In this document: positions 49,489 through 60,794 of the stretch, piece after piece
How the letters are laid out: each line of letters opens with the position of its first letter
Position numbering within the stretch: position 1 is the stretch's first letter
DNA from: Laetmonice hystrix
Lineage: Eukaryota
NCBI GenBank assembly: GCA_965235115.1
Contig: OZ249436.1
Span: 41,790,001-41,854,000 of the forward strand
Direction of reading: 5' to 3'
DNA: 64,000 bases
Program-made: the position numbers and the translations under genes
The notes under the pieces: generated by a model
Told to the model about the DNA's origin: nothing
Database searches by the model: none
Seen by the model: the letters and a program-made list of their open reading frames with translations, nothing else

Positions 49489-50466
49489 GTGAGCAGGCGA
49501 AGGGACGACCGGCCGGCCTGCCTTAGCTTGCTCGGATGGACCTGCGGGTCAGGGTGTTAGATCTTTGAATTTGTTTCGGTCGTGGCCATTTGCCACACGA
49601 TATAGTTGTATGTATGGGGCGGTGCCAGACGCTGTCACTCCCGAGTGCCCTGATCTAGAACCTCAATAGCTATGCGTTTATAGTCAAATAGATTTAGACT
49701 CACTGCATACGAATTGGAATTAAGTCGGATGTCACAAATGTGTTCATGTAAACTGAACTTATTGACCACCCTGGGACACATGCAGGTAAATATATGTCTG
49801 AATTCGGCAATTTGGTAGATTTAAATGAGCCCCTTTAATAGACCTAACTGACTGTCTGCAATGTCTTTCTTCAATTGAACCCTGGCACTGATTGTGTTTA
49901 TTATGGGCCACAGGCCTTCCTTGGAAATATAAAGTCCAGACGGTCCCTGCGGTGGCAGACATCAAACGGTAAGCCTGCATGTGTGCCGGGAGACAAATTT
50001 ACCAATGTATTATAGGTCCACACGTTTTGAGGCTGAGACTGAGGACCACGTGGCAGAGTGTCCGACCAGTGGACCTTGCCAAATCGGGATTGATATTGTT
50101 GGGGAAATCTTTGAAATCTGGAGGCCCTGAAACACCATTTCCAACATCTCATACGAATATTTCTGTGGAAAAAGCTTGGTAAATTGATTGTCATTTTATA
50201 CGTACGATAGGGTCCTACTTGAAGTATTATGAAAATTTGAGGAAAATATCTTTCTGAGCTCGTTGCTGCTGGGAGTAGATTTTCAAAATTGGGGTCGTTC
50301 CTATCCCGGATTCGGGAATTTCAAGCAAAATCGGGATCATCTGGACGAGATCGGGATGGCTGGAGACTCTGAATTGTGATAGACTCAGAAAACAGGCCAT
50401 GTGGAAGACTCTTAAAAGAAACTGCTAAACGACAGTGCTGGTGACCGAGAAAAAAGTCCTACTTAC

Positions 50467-50928
50467 ATAAGATATCATGGGTATGTTGAAGGCGGCAGCA
50501 ATGCGGCCCTCGTGAATGCAGGTTTCCTGAGGGCCGATGTAAGCCCAAATGTTGAGATTGATTAATTCGGCTGTACGTTTGATACTCGTCAACTCCTGAC
50601 CGTACGTCTCAGCTATAACAAACTCTAGGGTATGGTTAGGCAGAACGTGTGGCGACCTGTTGATCTCATCCACAGCGTACGTGATGGCCCCAGAGATAGC
50701 CTTTCCAGGTTTGGTGTAATACATGTCGTTGGGGCGCATATCCGACCCCGTCAGGTATCCCAGCCGCAGAAGTTCTTTCTTGCCTGTTTCGTTAACGTTA
50801 GGGGTATGGATAGGCATAATATCTTCATTGTCAGTCCTGATCGCAACACTTTTGATGAACAGGACATTGCAAACGGCGTGTAGCACTATTAACTGGCATC
50901 CACGTGGTTCAGAAATTACGCTAAGCAT
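50467..50928 (-). CDS. Gyc32E: Receptor guanylyl cyclase (Gyc32E-like), first coding exon: probable signal peptide plus start of the ANF-receptor-type ligand-binding domain
   Basis: ATG at 50928 with in-frame stops further upstream. Hydrophobic LIVLHAVCNVLFI, then LGYLTGS..P.D.YY.KPG.AISGAITYAVDEIN, FVIAETYG.E..SI, AYIGPQETCIHEGRIAAAFNIPMISY. Donor TAT|gtaagt. Symbol is from remembered motif similarity, not proven orthology. Confidence 0.93.
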
Positions 50929-51232
50929 TCCTGGAGTCTGCAAGGGTACTACTCCAGATGACCACTCAGGCTTGAGTGCCCGATTGAATGTTGTCTGGGT
51001 TTGTTTTGTTTTTTTTGGTGGGGTCGAGTGGAAAAGCAGCGCTTGCTCGTTATAACGCGTCCCAAAGCAGATGCCGTCTCAATCGCGAGTATTGGTCACG
51101 GAAGATTATGCAGTGACCTTTTGTGACACGTCACTTCACCAGTACGATACTTAACATGATCCTACTGCTGCTCGATCCTGCAATTGACACATGTTGTCAA
51201 TTGGTGCTCAGTAATAAAGAAGTCCGCCTCCA

Positions 51233-51233
<1 letters not shown>

Positions 51234-51266
<33 letters not shown>
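51234..51266. repeat. (CTG)11 / (CAG)11 trinucleotide repeat upstream of the cyclase start
   Basis: Directly visible, ~300 nt upstream of the ATG. Confidence 0.95.
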
Positions 51267-51268
<2 letters not shown>

Positions 51269-52967
51269 AGCGGCTACACGTGCTGTGATGGAGTTACTCG
51301 TGGTAGGCCGTGTCCTCAGTCGGCGGACTGTCATGGTGTTGTGGTGGCTTCCCGCGTGGACCATGTGATAACGCTGGAGGACTTACTACGCGCTGCCATC
51401 AACTAAGTGTCGCCCCGATGGCACACTCTTACAAGTGATAGGACACTGCTGGCGCTGTCAGCGCCATGCAGCGGCACGGAAAGGGTGAAACAAGATGGAC
51501 TGGGCAGACTTCGGCACAGCTCTACCATTCTACTTATTATCTACAAGTATAGATCTTGTATGGCCGAGGGGAACACGGACGATATACAATTCATGCATAT
51601 TTATTTATGATACCACCAAGTATCAGATATCCGACCTGTCAGTTTTACTTGCTCACACCACTGTGTTGATGTGCATTGTTAATAGTGTAAAATTAACTGG
51701 AGTGTTACACAACATTAATTTTTGCTTATGTATTCATTTATTTACTAGTTTAATTATTTACATATTTTTTATTGGGTTGGGTAAGCAAGAAAACATGATA
51801 CGCAACTGTGCTAAACGAAGAACTATAGGCGGGCTAATGGACAGCATCATAATTTATTGAAAATAAAGTTGTTGTTTTTCTGCAAATTCATGGCTATGTT
51901 AATCCGTCTCAAATATTTGTATTTTGCCTCTGATACCCGATTGTTTAGTAGCATTATTCAACCTCACAGGAACGTCCTCATACAGGGTTCAACAAGAGAA
52001 TCGCCTGTATAGACGTTGGCAACTCAAAGTACTGACAGATTCTATCAATCACTTATAATTACCTCAACCATGGCGATGGCGTCCATTCCGAATAACCACA
52101 TCAGTGTGTGCACAACGTGGACAGTAAGGAGAGATTCCGATGGGAGTTTGAAAAGATAAAATAATTTCTTTGGCGTCCGATAACTCTCCGCGGTTCTGCG
52201 CTCCAACTTGGGAAATCCTCTATTCTCGCAATCGAAGCACTCTATTAGAGTCAAACGATTTTACTTACCGAAGGACAACAGAAAGGAGTGGAAGCCCGCC
52301 ATCCGGAATTTTAGCTTTAATATAAAAAGCATCTCAAGAGCCGCCAGTAAAGCTGACAATGCTGTTTTGTTGTATACATCAGAGGAGTGGCTGTAAAATA
52401 CCACAGATCAATGTACAGTCTAATGTAGTGTTAGCACAGCTGAATCGCCAACCAACGCTCGGCTTCTTGTCTCATTCAAGGCAACTCCCCGCCGTTTTAC
52501 TGAGAGACTTTTTGAAGTATTCTGGGGTTCGTTCATGACACCGTTTTAGACGGATCCTATGATTGGGACATTAATGGGGAAACAAATTAATATTTCTGTG
52601 TCAACGAGGCCCCTGCCACGGCAGTCTGCAGCATCCTTGATGACGGCTAAGCTGGAGAAGATTAAGCTTGAGAAGATACAGAAGGTTAACAAAAAAACGT
52701 TATTTGAAAGTAGAACATGGTCTTGCAATTCCATGCCCACAAAAGTCTTTCCCGGCAATAACCGTGAAAAGGTGGTCCACAGATCAGGATTTCCCGCCGA
52801 TCACCCGCCAGTTTTCATGTCAGCCCTTCCCCTCTGGGAACACTGCTCGCCTGCAGATGTTTGGTGCCCAAAGGCTTGGGTAACATTTGGTTCCATTAAG
52901 ACCCGTACCGGACGAGACAGTATTAAAGCAGCCATCGTTTATTGTCGACATGGGGGTAGTTTGTTTA

Positions 52968-55029
52968 TGGTCGATTCTCACGAACTGTCGTCATTTGCAA
53001 AGTTTTACTTTACTGGCCTAGAAGTACTTCCCAATTTATGATAGGCATATAATATTAGTTTAATAAGATGAGGCTCTTTGAGATCTTCAAGGGGAACCAT
53101 ACTTTTACCTATCTGTGACCAATATTGCAGAAGTTATAGGCAAATACCCACCCAAAATGGCACTTTTTAACAAATAAAATAAGGAATTACCTTTTGACAT
53201 GTTGCTAAAAGAAATAAACATTATTATAAATGGATAATGACATGATAAAGGAAAGATGCTTCAAGTATTTGTTTGGTAGATAGGATAGGTTAAGGTCCTG
53301 CTGTAGATACGCGTAACTCCATAGAAACGCGTAACTCCCTAGTGGTAAGTGAAAGAAGTAGCAGCAGTTCTGCCATCTGCGGGACTTTTGTAGTGAAGTT
53401 TTATCTGCTAGCATTTTCGGTTCAAGTAACTACCATGGTTATACTGTATTTCGCACGAAATCTACCGGTAATCTTTTAGTATGCCTTCATTAAGTAGAAA
53501 CGCGTAACTCCCTGTGGGAGAATTATTGTAGTAAGCTTGACCAGCCTGTTAGCCTATAAGATATTCTTTATATTATAAGATATCTATAGCAGTGCTGTCG
53601 ACTGCTTTATGAAAGGCCTTCTGGGTCACGATACGTCGTGGAGAGGCACGTTAAAGATCCCTTGGCATCTATCGATAAGAGTAGGGGTTCGCCCCGATGT
53701 CGGGTGTCCTCCTATATCATCATCACCCAATAGATTTCACCAACTGAGTTAGTTACCTTGTCCTCGCCCTGAAATAGTTGATATACTGCTGACTGGGCGT
53801 TAAACACCAACTACTCTCACTCGTGGCAATAAAAAAATTAAATAAGGTTTTGCATATCGTTCCCGGAGAAAAAATCAACTAATCAGAGAATATTCCTTGA
53901 TTGACATGTATGGCATCCTGTGTTATAGTGTCTTATGTCAAAATATTTCGTTACCGAAATGAAATTGTTACTGAAATGGAATGAAATAAAGTTAATTACT
54001 TTATTGTTACTGAAATGAAATGAAATATAAAGCTTCTAAAAGAAATTAATATTAGAAAATGACTGTATGAAAATTTCATACAGTATATTATAATATATAT
54101 TTAATATATTATGTAGAAACGCATAACTCCCTCTATTTATTCAGCATTTATCATATACCTGGAAGAGGAAAAAGAGCAACTGCATATCTTAACAGAGAAC
54201 GTCTTAATATATAAGACCCTCTAAATTGCTGACTGGAAAATTTGCAGTTTTAATTTGATTAATTAATGCATGCATTATTCCTATCTTTGAGACCTAAAAG
54301 TACATTATACATATATTTGCTATAATATTATGTTACAAGTATTAAATACCGGTTATTAAATACTGGACAATCATAGAAACAAACAGAGAAAAGAAATACG
54401 GTACATTATATCTTACTTGGTTAACTTCCACCAGTCGTGGTCTTTACTATGTAGAAACGCGTAACTCCTTTTCCAAGGACCAAGTATTGAAAACATGTCA
54501 GAGCAGCCATACATACTACACACCAATATAAAAAACAAAGCCTACACTCATAATTTCAACAGATAATACTCGTATAACATTTTGCACACAAGAATAGTAT
54601 ATTATGGAAGCAAAACATATCAGAAATGCCCGGAAAACCCTGGATTTCAGAGATAAATCACTGAGTTCCATGATCCAAAATTACAGGAAAAAAATAAAAT
54701 TATTTAAAAGCCTTATGTTTGGTAGTATAAATTAGTTTCTGCTGGCTTGAATAAACACGTAGACAGTAGAGGGAGGTTTCTTATTTATATAAATTAAGTC
54801 ATTTCTTTTCAAAGGTTCAGGGAGTTACGCGTTTCTACGTGGTCTCTGACACAGGCAAACTTGATCCTTTACCATACTAACCAATTCTTGCATTTAACTT
54901 TCCCAAGCATACCTGCATAACGCCCCAACACCTTGATTCTTTGTTACACATAATTATTTTCTTCTAGTATATGATTTATTTTTGACCCCCTTCCAACCCC
55001 AAATGACGACAGTTCATGAGAATCGACCT
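52968..55029. mobile_element. ~2.06-kb non-autonomous TIR DNA transposon with repeated internal motif and a nested SINE
   Basis: ggtcgattctcacgaactgtcgtcatttg ... caaatgacgacagttcatgagaatcgacc, TA-flanked. Motif tagaaacgcgtaactcc occurs about 5 times and once inverted near 54820. Confidence 0.75.
53591..53822 (+). mobile_element. Deu/Nin-domain SINE fragment
   Basis: gcacgttaaagatcccttggcatctatcgataagagtaggggttcgccccg ... gctgactgggcgttaaacaccaactactctcactc. Homologous to 39586-39822. Confidence 0.72.
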
Positions 55030-57337
55030 TATATGGCAGCTTTCAGTTCCACCAGAATGCGAGAGCATGCAAATTACTCATGATTCTAAATTTAAAGATG
55101 AAACTGAATTTTAGGCCGGGGGGGGAGGATACAATACTGCTTAGTAGATTTCAGCCTAGAAGTGAAGGAAGGCAGGCTATCAACTTTAGGGAGATCACCG
55201 GGTTGTAATGTGATGAGGGACTGCATAGCGATGTCAACGGCCTTGTCCACTATCAGGCGATTGTCCTTGCGACGTCCATGCGATTTTGACACCACCCTTT
55301 TATTTTACTGGGATTTTGAGATTAAAGGATGGAACCCATTTCCTTAAACAGTGAAGGCCATCCAGGAAAACTTTCGGAGTGAAATTCCACCATTTTAATC
55401 AAAAATCGCATGTCCGTCGCAAGGGAAATCGCCTGAGTTGATCAGGCCTTGTCGATTTGACGTCGGTCAAAACGCTGTTGAGGCGAAGGGCGCTTGAAAT
55501 CTATAAAAAAAGGTCCACAATAGTTACATCAACATCGTTCCCCGGGTTTCCTTCCATTCCGTATACATAAGGGTTTGAGTAATCGTTATCGATGGATTGG
55601 TGCTGCCGGCTTCTACACCAGTGGCTTCCTTAACCTGGTCCCCTGCTTAACAGACGCGTCCGCTATGTTAGGCCAGGTGATGGATAATTTCACTTGTCAG
55701 AAAACTGACAAGCGGAAGGAAGTTGCTTAATCTCCAAGCACTTCCGCATCCGTTGCGTTGGTCAGCGTCAACCGAGTGTCCGATCCCTGCTTGGAGTGTG
55801 GCCAACATGGCCATGCCTGATGCAGACCGTAGTAGGTGTAGGGCCGATAACACTATGCCCATATCCAGAAATTAATGAAAATATCTGTACCTTGTTAGAG
55901 AAATACGGAGTGTACGGAACTACCTTCGCCGTTTGTGTCCATTTTTTCGATGTGCCAATCAAAACGCTCTTCGATTAGCCTTCACCAGGCTCTATTATTA
56001 TGTAGTCAATAAAGCTGGGGACCTGGCTATGGCTTCCGTGCCATGGGGCTCATGACCTCTGAGCAAAACTTGGTTAGGAATCATTAAGACATCTGACAGT
56101 TTCTAATTAGGTACCATACCTTATTTCATTTGGCTTGGAAATTACATTGATTGAATCCTTGTGAATTATACCGTGAAATCGTACTTTCTCCCTCGCAGGG
56201 GATTATCCGATTTGCCATTGTTCGGAATTATTTTAACACTGTCGAGAAGAGCAGGCTATTCCGAGATTTCTGTCTGTTTGACTCATCCACTTAAAGCCCC
56301 CTTATCTGTATATTAATTATAGGGAGTCGAGGATGGTACATCGGTGTAAAAGGCCCAAACAAGTATCAATATAATTGACTGGGTACGGATTCCAAACCAG
56401 GTGGAGTCGGTCTACTATGATCCATTGCCATTGATCTGTATAAAAGGGAATTCAATTAAAATAAACTCATTATTTAAAAAACTATGCACAACCTAAATAT
56501 CTCACCTACCTGCCTTCTGTATGTAAAAGAAAAGTAATGATGACACATTTCTAAGTCCATCCACTGTTCAAAGTGGATTTTATATGTCCGACTTGAGGAC
56601 ATTGGCATTGATCCCCAGCTGACATTGACTGGTACAATTATTAAGAAAAGGTCCACTCTGCCTTTCGGAGAGTACTATCTACTGGCTCTTGTGTTTATAT
56701 TTCCTATAAATATGGTTGGGACAAATAATCACGAACTTTCCAACAGTTAGAGACCGAACTACAAGAGTGTTCTGCCAGGAATGCATTGCTGCCATCTAGA
56801 GGCAACGCTGGCCATCACTACCTGACGCTGACAGACAAAAAAGTTCATTGAAATTGAAGAGAATCCATTGACTGATCGTTTTAACTGTTAAATGTATGCG
56901 GCTCGACGAAGTGATTGCTTGAAGTTGTCGTAGTAAGCCCAGACATAGGCCAAAATTAACTTGCGTGACTCTATGTTAAAACACTCTCCACGTCACGTCA
57001 CGAATTCCCACGTCTTTGTCCCGGTTTTTGTGAGAAGCCTGCGTGTTATTGTGTGACGTAATACTCCATGTGTCTCATCATGTTTGAGGGTAACATGTCT
57101 TGAGGGAAAGCATAAGTAGTACTAATGTTCTTTTTAATCCGTGATCCGCGGTGTTCAAACAGCTGTCCTTGTCAGTCATATTAACCTGAAATCATCTTCG
57201 CCGTACAGTTATGTACTTAAACACAACGATCATTAGTTCTAATAGTGAACCGTGAAACAGTTATACAGTATACCATCACCTAGTCCTGAGGGTGACATCT
57301 TATTTCTGTATGGGTTATCATTCCATTCAGGATTGAC

Positions 57338-57502
57338 TCATTTCTTGATGCTTGTAGCCCTGTTTACCCATTTCTTTACGCCGGGAAGAGCCTTTATCCT
57401 ATCGTGGAGTGTCTTCAGGTGAGGATAAGGCTCCAAGAGTGCTGCATTAGTGGGGATGAAACGGTCCGCCACACAGTAAAAATAAATGTCGCACCACTTC
57501 AG
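57338..57502 (-). CDS. Sigma-class-like glutathione S-transferase, coding exon 5 (last)
   Basis: Acceptor tggtttccag. Encodes LKWCDIYFYCVADRFIPTNAALLEPYPHLKTLHDRIKALPGVKKWVNRATSIKK* (L.W.D, YP.L, LP.VKKW motifs). The ORF track misses it. Confidence 0.92.
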   Translation of the reverse strand: MKWCDIYFYCVADRFIPTNAALLEPYPHLKTLHDRIKALPGVKKWVNRATSIKK

Positions 57503-57750
57503 CTGGAAACCAGAGTAAGAATATATTTTAGAATTGTGGTTTTGAATTAAAAAACATTTCTGGGTGATAGAATAGTTCGCTATTATGTTGTTGTCTTTAT
57601 AGTTGATATAGGGGGCAGCCTTAAATGAGCCAGATAATTCTAGGGTGTTCCATAAGTTTTTCCAAGCAATTTAGCCCATCTTCACGGCAAGTTGAAACTA
57701 CTATTAAGGACAAATCATGGTTACAGTGTTGAAAGTAAAATGTGCCTCAC

Positions 57751-57861
57751 TTTGTTTCCCACAAAGTAACCGTTTCCATTAGTGTTATTCTTGATGATAT
57801 CCTCCAGGCACTGAAGCCCTGTAGGCAGAGTTTGCTCCAGGAACTTCTTACCGTCCTGCTC
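57751..57861 (-). CDS. GST coding exon 4
   Basis: Acceptor ttatcccccag, donor AAA|gtgagg; 111 nt. Encodes EQDGKKFLEQTLPTGLQCLEDIIKNNTNGNGYFVGNK (GYFVG.KL.W.D across the junction). Confidence 0.9.
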
Positions 57862-58114
57862 CTGGGGGATAATGAATATATATCGGGTTGGCCCCAAAAA
57901 AATTGGAACACTCTTTTCTCGACTATAACTTCTACAATTTTTATCCAAATGTCATAATATTTTGCATATGATATCATCTGGTTATTTAGAGCCTGTGGTA
58001 CAAATTTCAGATAAATAGGTCAATACGTTTACAAATAGGGCCATTTTTAAAAATTCGTATCAAAAATTGCAGTGCCGGACCAGGGTCATTAGCGTGAAGC
58101 CGCACGTCTTTTAA

Positions 58115-58454
58115 AGGTGCTATTCGTCTCGCTCAGAATGGCATTTCTCCTATCATACAATGTGCACATAGTACTAGAAAAAATTCCTACCGATACCATT
58201 GGCCTGATAAACCTTCTATTAGTTTGTGTGCAGCATTTGAAACCTATCTCGGTGCGCACCGAGATAGAGCCATTTCCTATGGTGGGGCGTGTCAGGGTCT
58301 CCACAGGCCTGCTGAGAGAGCCCCATTTGTGCCGTTATCCATGAAAATTTTTGATTTCCTTTGTTGTGAATCTATTTCCATGATAGGTGGGATCACATAA
58401 ACGTCAACAAAATAAAAAATAAAAAAATTGAACTTTTTTCCACGAATAGCACCT
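58115..58454. mobile_element. Kolobok-type MITE (340 bp) nested in the mariner element
   Basis: TTAA|AGGTGCTATTCGT ... ACGAATAGCACCT|TTAA. Confidence 0.85.
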
Positions 58455-58608
58455 TTAAGCGGGAAACTGCCCTGAAAACGTCCTGAGTCCCGTCGCGTTG
58501 AATGACCCAGTTTCCTTGGTGTGTGTCTCAATTAAGGCAGGGTTGTTGCCACTGTGTCTGAATGACGTGACGTCAAATGACATTATGTATGAAATGCCCC
58601 CTGCCAAA

Positions 58609-58850
58609 AACTGGTGGCCGGCCCCGACTTAAACGCCATGGATTACACCATTTGGGATTCCCTGTCTGAAAACGTCTATAAAGGCCGCAAACAAAAATTC
58701 ACCGAGAACGAACTAAAGGAGAAATTCTGGAAGAGTTGGAGGGATTCTACTCTAGAAGAATGAAGTCAATCGGGATATTCAAAAAGAGACTAAAGGCTGT
58801 GTGTGAACAGTGAACAGGATGGCGGTCACATCGATCACCTTTTCAACTGA
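58609..58850 (+). pseudogene. Tc1/mariner transposase C-terminal remnant
   Basis: With frameshifts: WWP..PDLNAMDYTIWDSLSENVYKGRKQKFTENELKEKFWKSW...IFKKRLKAVCEQ-DGGHIDHLFN*, matching WP..SPDLNP.D..IW and RL.AV....GGH.E motifs. Confidence 0.85.
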
Positions 58851-58870
58851 AATAGGTTGATGACACTAAT

Positions 58871-59404
58871 GGACGTGATCCACTTCCGTTGCGATGCTTC
58901 TGATTCACCCCTTGCGCGGTCTTATGAGTTCTTCCGAGGGAAAAATTCCGAATCGGGAATACACGCAAGCATAAGTGAATCGCGCATTACGAGAGTTCAC
59001 GAGTGTTCCGAGAGCTTCAGACGTCTTACGAGTGCCAGAGCGCTCTCAGTACCTCCTTACGAGCAGATCAAAAATGTTAGATATTATCGGAAGAGTGCAT
59101 AATGCTCGTAAGCACTCGGAAGAGCGCAGAAGGTCTAAAGCGAACCCATTTAACTTCTTCCATTTCTTGTTCCTCACCTTCGGCTCCTCGGGCTCCATTT
59201 TGATGTTCTCTGACAATCGGAAGAGCTCTTAAGACCCTACAAGTGGATTATGCTTTTCGATTTTTTTACGAGTGCTTACGCGGGTTACGCAAGCCTACGA
59301 TTCCTTACGCGGCCTTACGAGCACTTTTACGTATTTCCGAAGCTTCCGAGAGAGAAAAAATCGTAGACGCGCGGAAGCCATCGCAACGCAAGTGGATCAC
59401 GTCT
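58871..59404. mobile_element. MITE with ~30-bp TIRs nested in the mariner element
   Basis: gacgtgatccacttccgttgcgatg ... catcgcaacgcaagtggatcacgtc, with internal cttacga/tcgtaag motifs. Confidence 0.7.
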
Positions 59405-60064
59405 ATATTGGCTCTCCGGCATTGCATTTTTCGACATGTCATGTTTGATTTGTTTCCACATACAGAGTTTTTGGCCTATCAGCCTGAAACTTTCACCAGA
59501 AAATGCTATTAACCATATAACATGATGCCCTGAATATCAGTCACAAACTATGCAAATTGTAGAAGCTATATACTCAAGTAAAGAGTGTTTCAGACACAGC
59601 AGGATCAACTCTGCCGAGGACGCCTGGTCCGGCATTGCAATTTTTGACATGCAGTTTTAAAATGGGGTAAAAATTAGAGAAGTTACCGTCAAGAAAAGAG
59701 TGTTCCAAATTTTTTTGGCCCACTCGTATACCGGTATGTGTCCGGAAGTTTGTCGTAAGATGCATTTGTCTATAAGCTGGCGTCATTACGAATGACATTT
59801 CCGTTAGACTTTACTCTTCGATAGAAGTGAACACCTTCCTCTTAAATACGGAATATTTGATTATACTTATATATTTTATATTTTTGCACTATATACCGTA
59901 CCATTTCAAAGACGAGGCGATCCAAGAATAGTACGAACGGGAAATTAAAAGGTGCTTCTTAAATGGTTGTCTGTATGTCGATCAGACACGTAGGGCCTCA
60001 TACCAGAGGCCAGAGGCTTGCTGACTTTTAACGGTATTCGCATTGATAAACAGGCGCCTATACT

Positions 60065-60318
60065 CAGGGTTTCCGCCAGAGGGTAAAATGGGTAAAATTC
60101 CGAACCCTAAAATTTTTCAAGGGTACGGATCCGTACCCTCAAAATCGTTGGGTAGTCTAGACAGAGTTGGAGTTGGAAGATTCTCATGCCTGTAAAAACC
60201 TCCTGATGATGCCTCGAGCATTGGGGCCTGCGAGCGATGTTTGGAATATAGATGGCAGCACTGGCGCTGGACCCTCCTCTGGTCCGTACCCTAATTTGTT
60301 TTTCTGGCGGAAACCCTG
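60065..60318. mobile_element. hAT-type MITE (254 bp) with 8-bp TSD
   Basis: CCTATACT|CAGGGTTTCCGCCAGA ... TCTGGCGGAAACCCTG|CCTATACT. Confidence 0.9.
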
Positions 60319-60364
60319 CCTATACTATATTATCATCTATGCTATCTTGTCGGGTTCCGCCTAC

Positions 60365-60483
60365 CTTTCTGACAGGGTCAGGCTCAAAAACAAGGACGTC
60401 GGCGCCCTTGTTACCGAGTTCCTCCAGCTTGGAGACGACTGCCTCCTCCAGGGCCTGTTCCTCCCAGTTGTGGCCGACGAGCC
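60365..60483 (-). CDS. GST coding exon 3
   Basis: Acceptor taactccag, donor AAG|gtaggc; 119 nt, phase 1 to 0. Encodes (G)LVGHNWEEQALEEAVVSKLEELGNKGADVLVFEPDPVRK. Confidence 0.88.
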
Positions 60484-60701
60484 CTGGAGTTACCCCAAAG
60501 AGACCAAGCAATCAGTGGTCGTAATCCCAGTATTATGATTAATGGGTTGTCTGGGAATTCTAGGCCTATACTTCAAAAATCAATACTATATCTTTCAGCA
60601 GTCAAATATATAGCAATGTTGTTGTTGTACTAGTAGTAGATGATTATAATGATGATAGCGATGGCGATGATTATGAAGATGATGATATTATGCCTACTTA
60701 C

Positions 60702-60794
60702 CAAACTCCTTGGCGAGAAGGTGGGCTATCGGAATATTTTGATTGAGAACCAGCGTACCACGTTTTAACATGGGGAGTGTTCTGTAAGGCATAT
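60702..60794 (-). CDS. GST coding exon 2
   Basis: Acceptor tttaaacag, donor G|gtaagt; 93 nt, phase 1 to 1. Encodes (N)MPYRTLPMLKRGTLVLNQNIPIAHLLAKEF, compared with the consensus PFGQLPVL..DG..L.QS.AI..YLA.EFG. Confidence 0.9.

Larger units (their letters stand above)
57883..59726 (+). mobile_element. Internally deleted Tc1/mariner (maT/DDxD-like) element with nested MITEs
   Basis: Imperfect TIRs (ggccccaaaaaaattggaacactcttttc / gaaaagagtgttccaaatttttttggccc), TA-flanked. Contains the transposase C-terminal remnant listed below. Confidence 0.8.

Noticed and set aside
52559..53041. 160-aa plus-strand ORF upstream of the cyclase
   Set aside because: No recognisable domain, and it runs into a transposon TIR.
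55092..55978. Possible MULE transposase remnant (LPKVDSL...P.P...FHL)
   Set aside because: The resemblance is too weak to support without a profile search.
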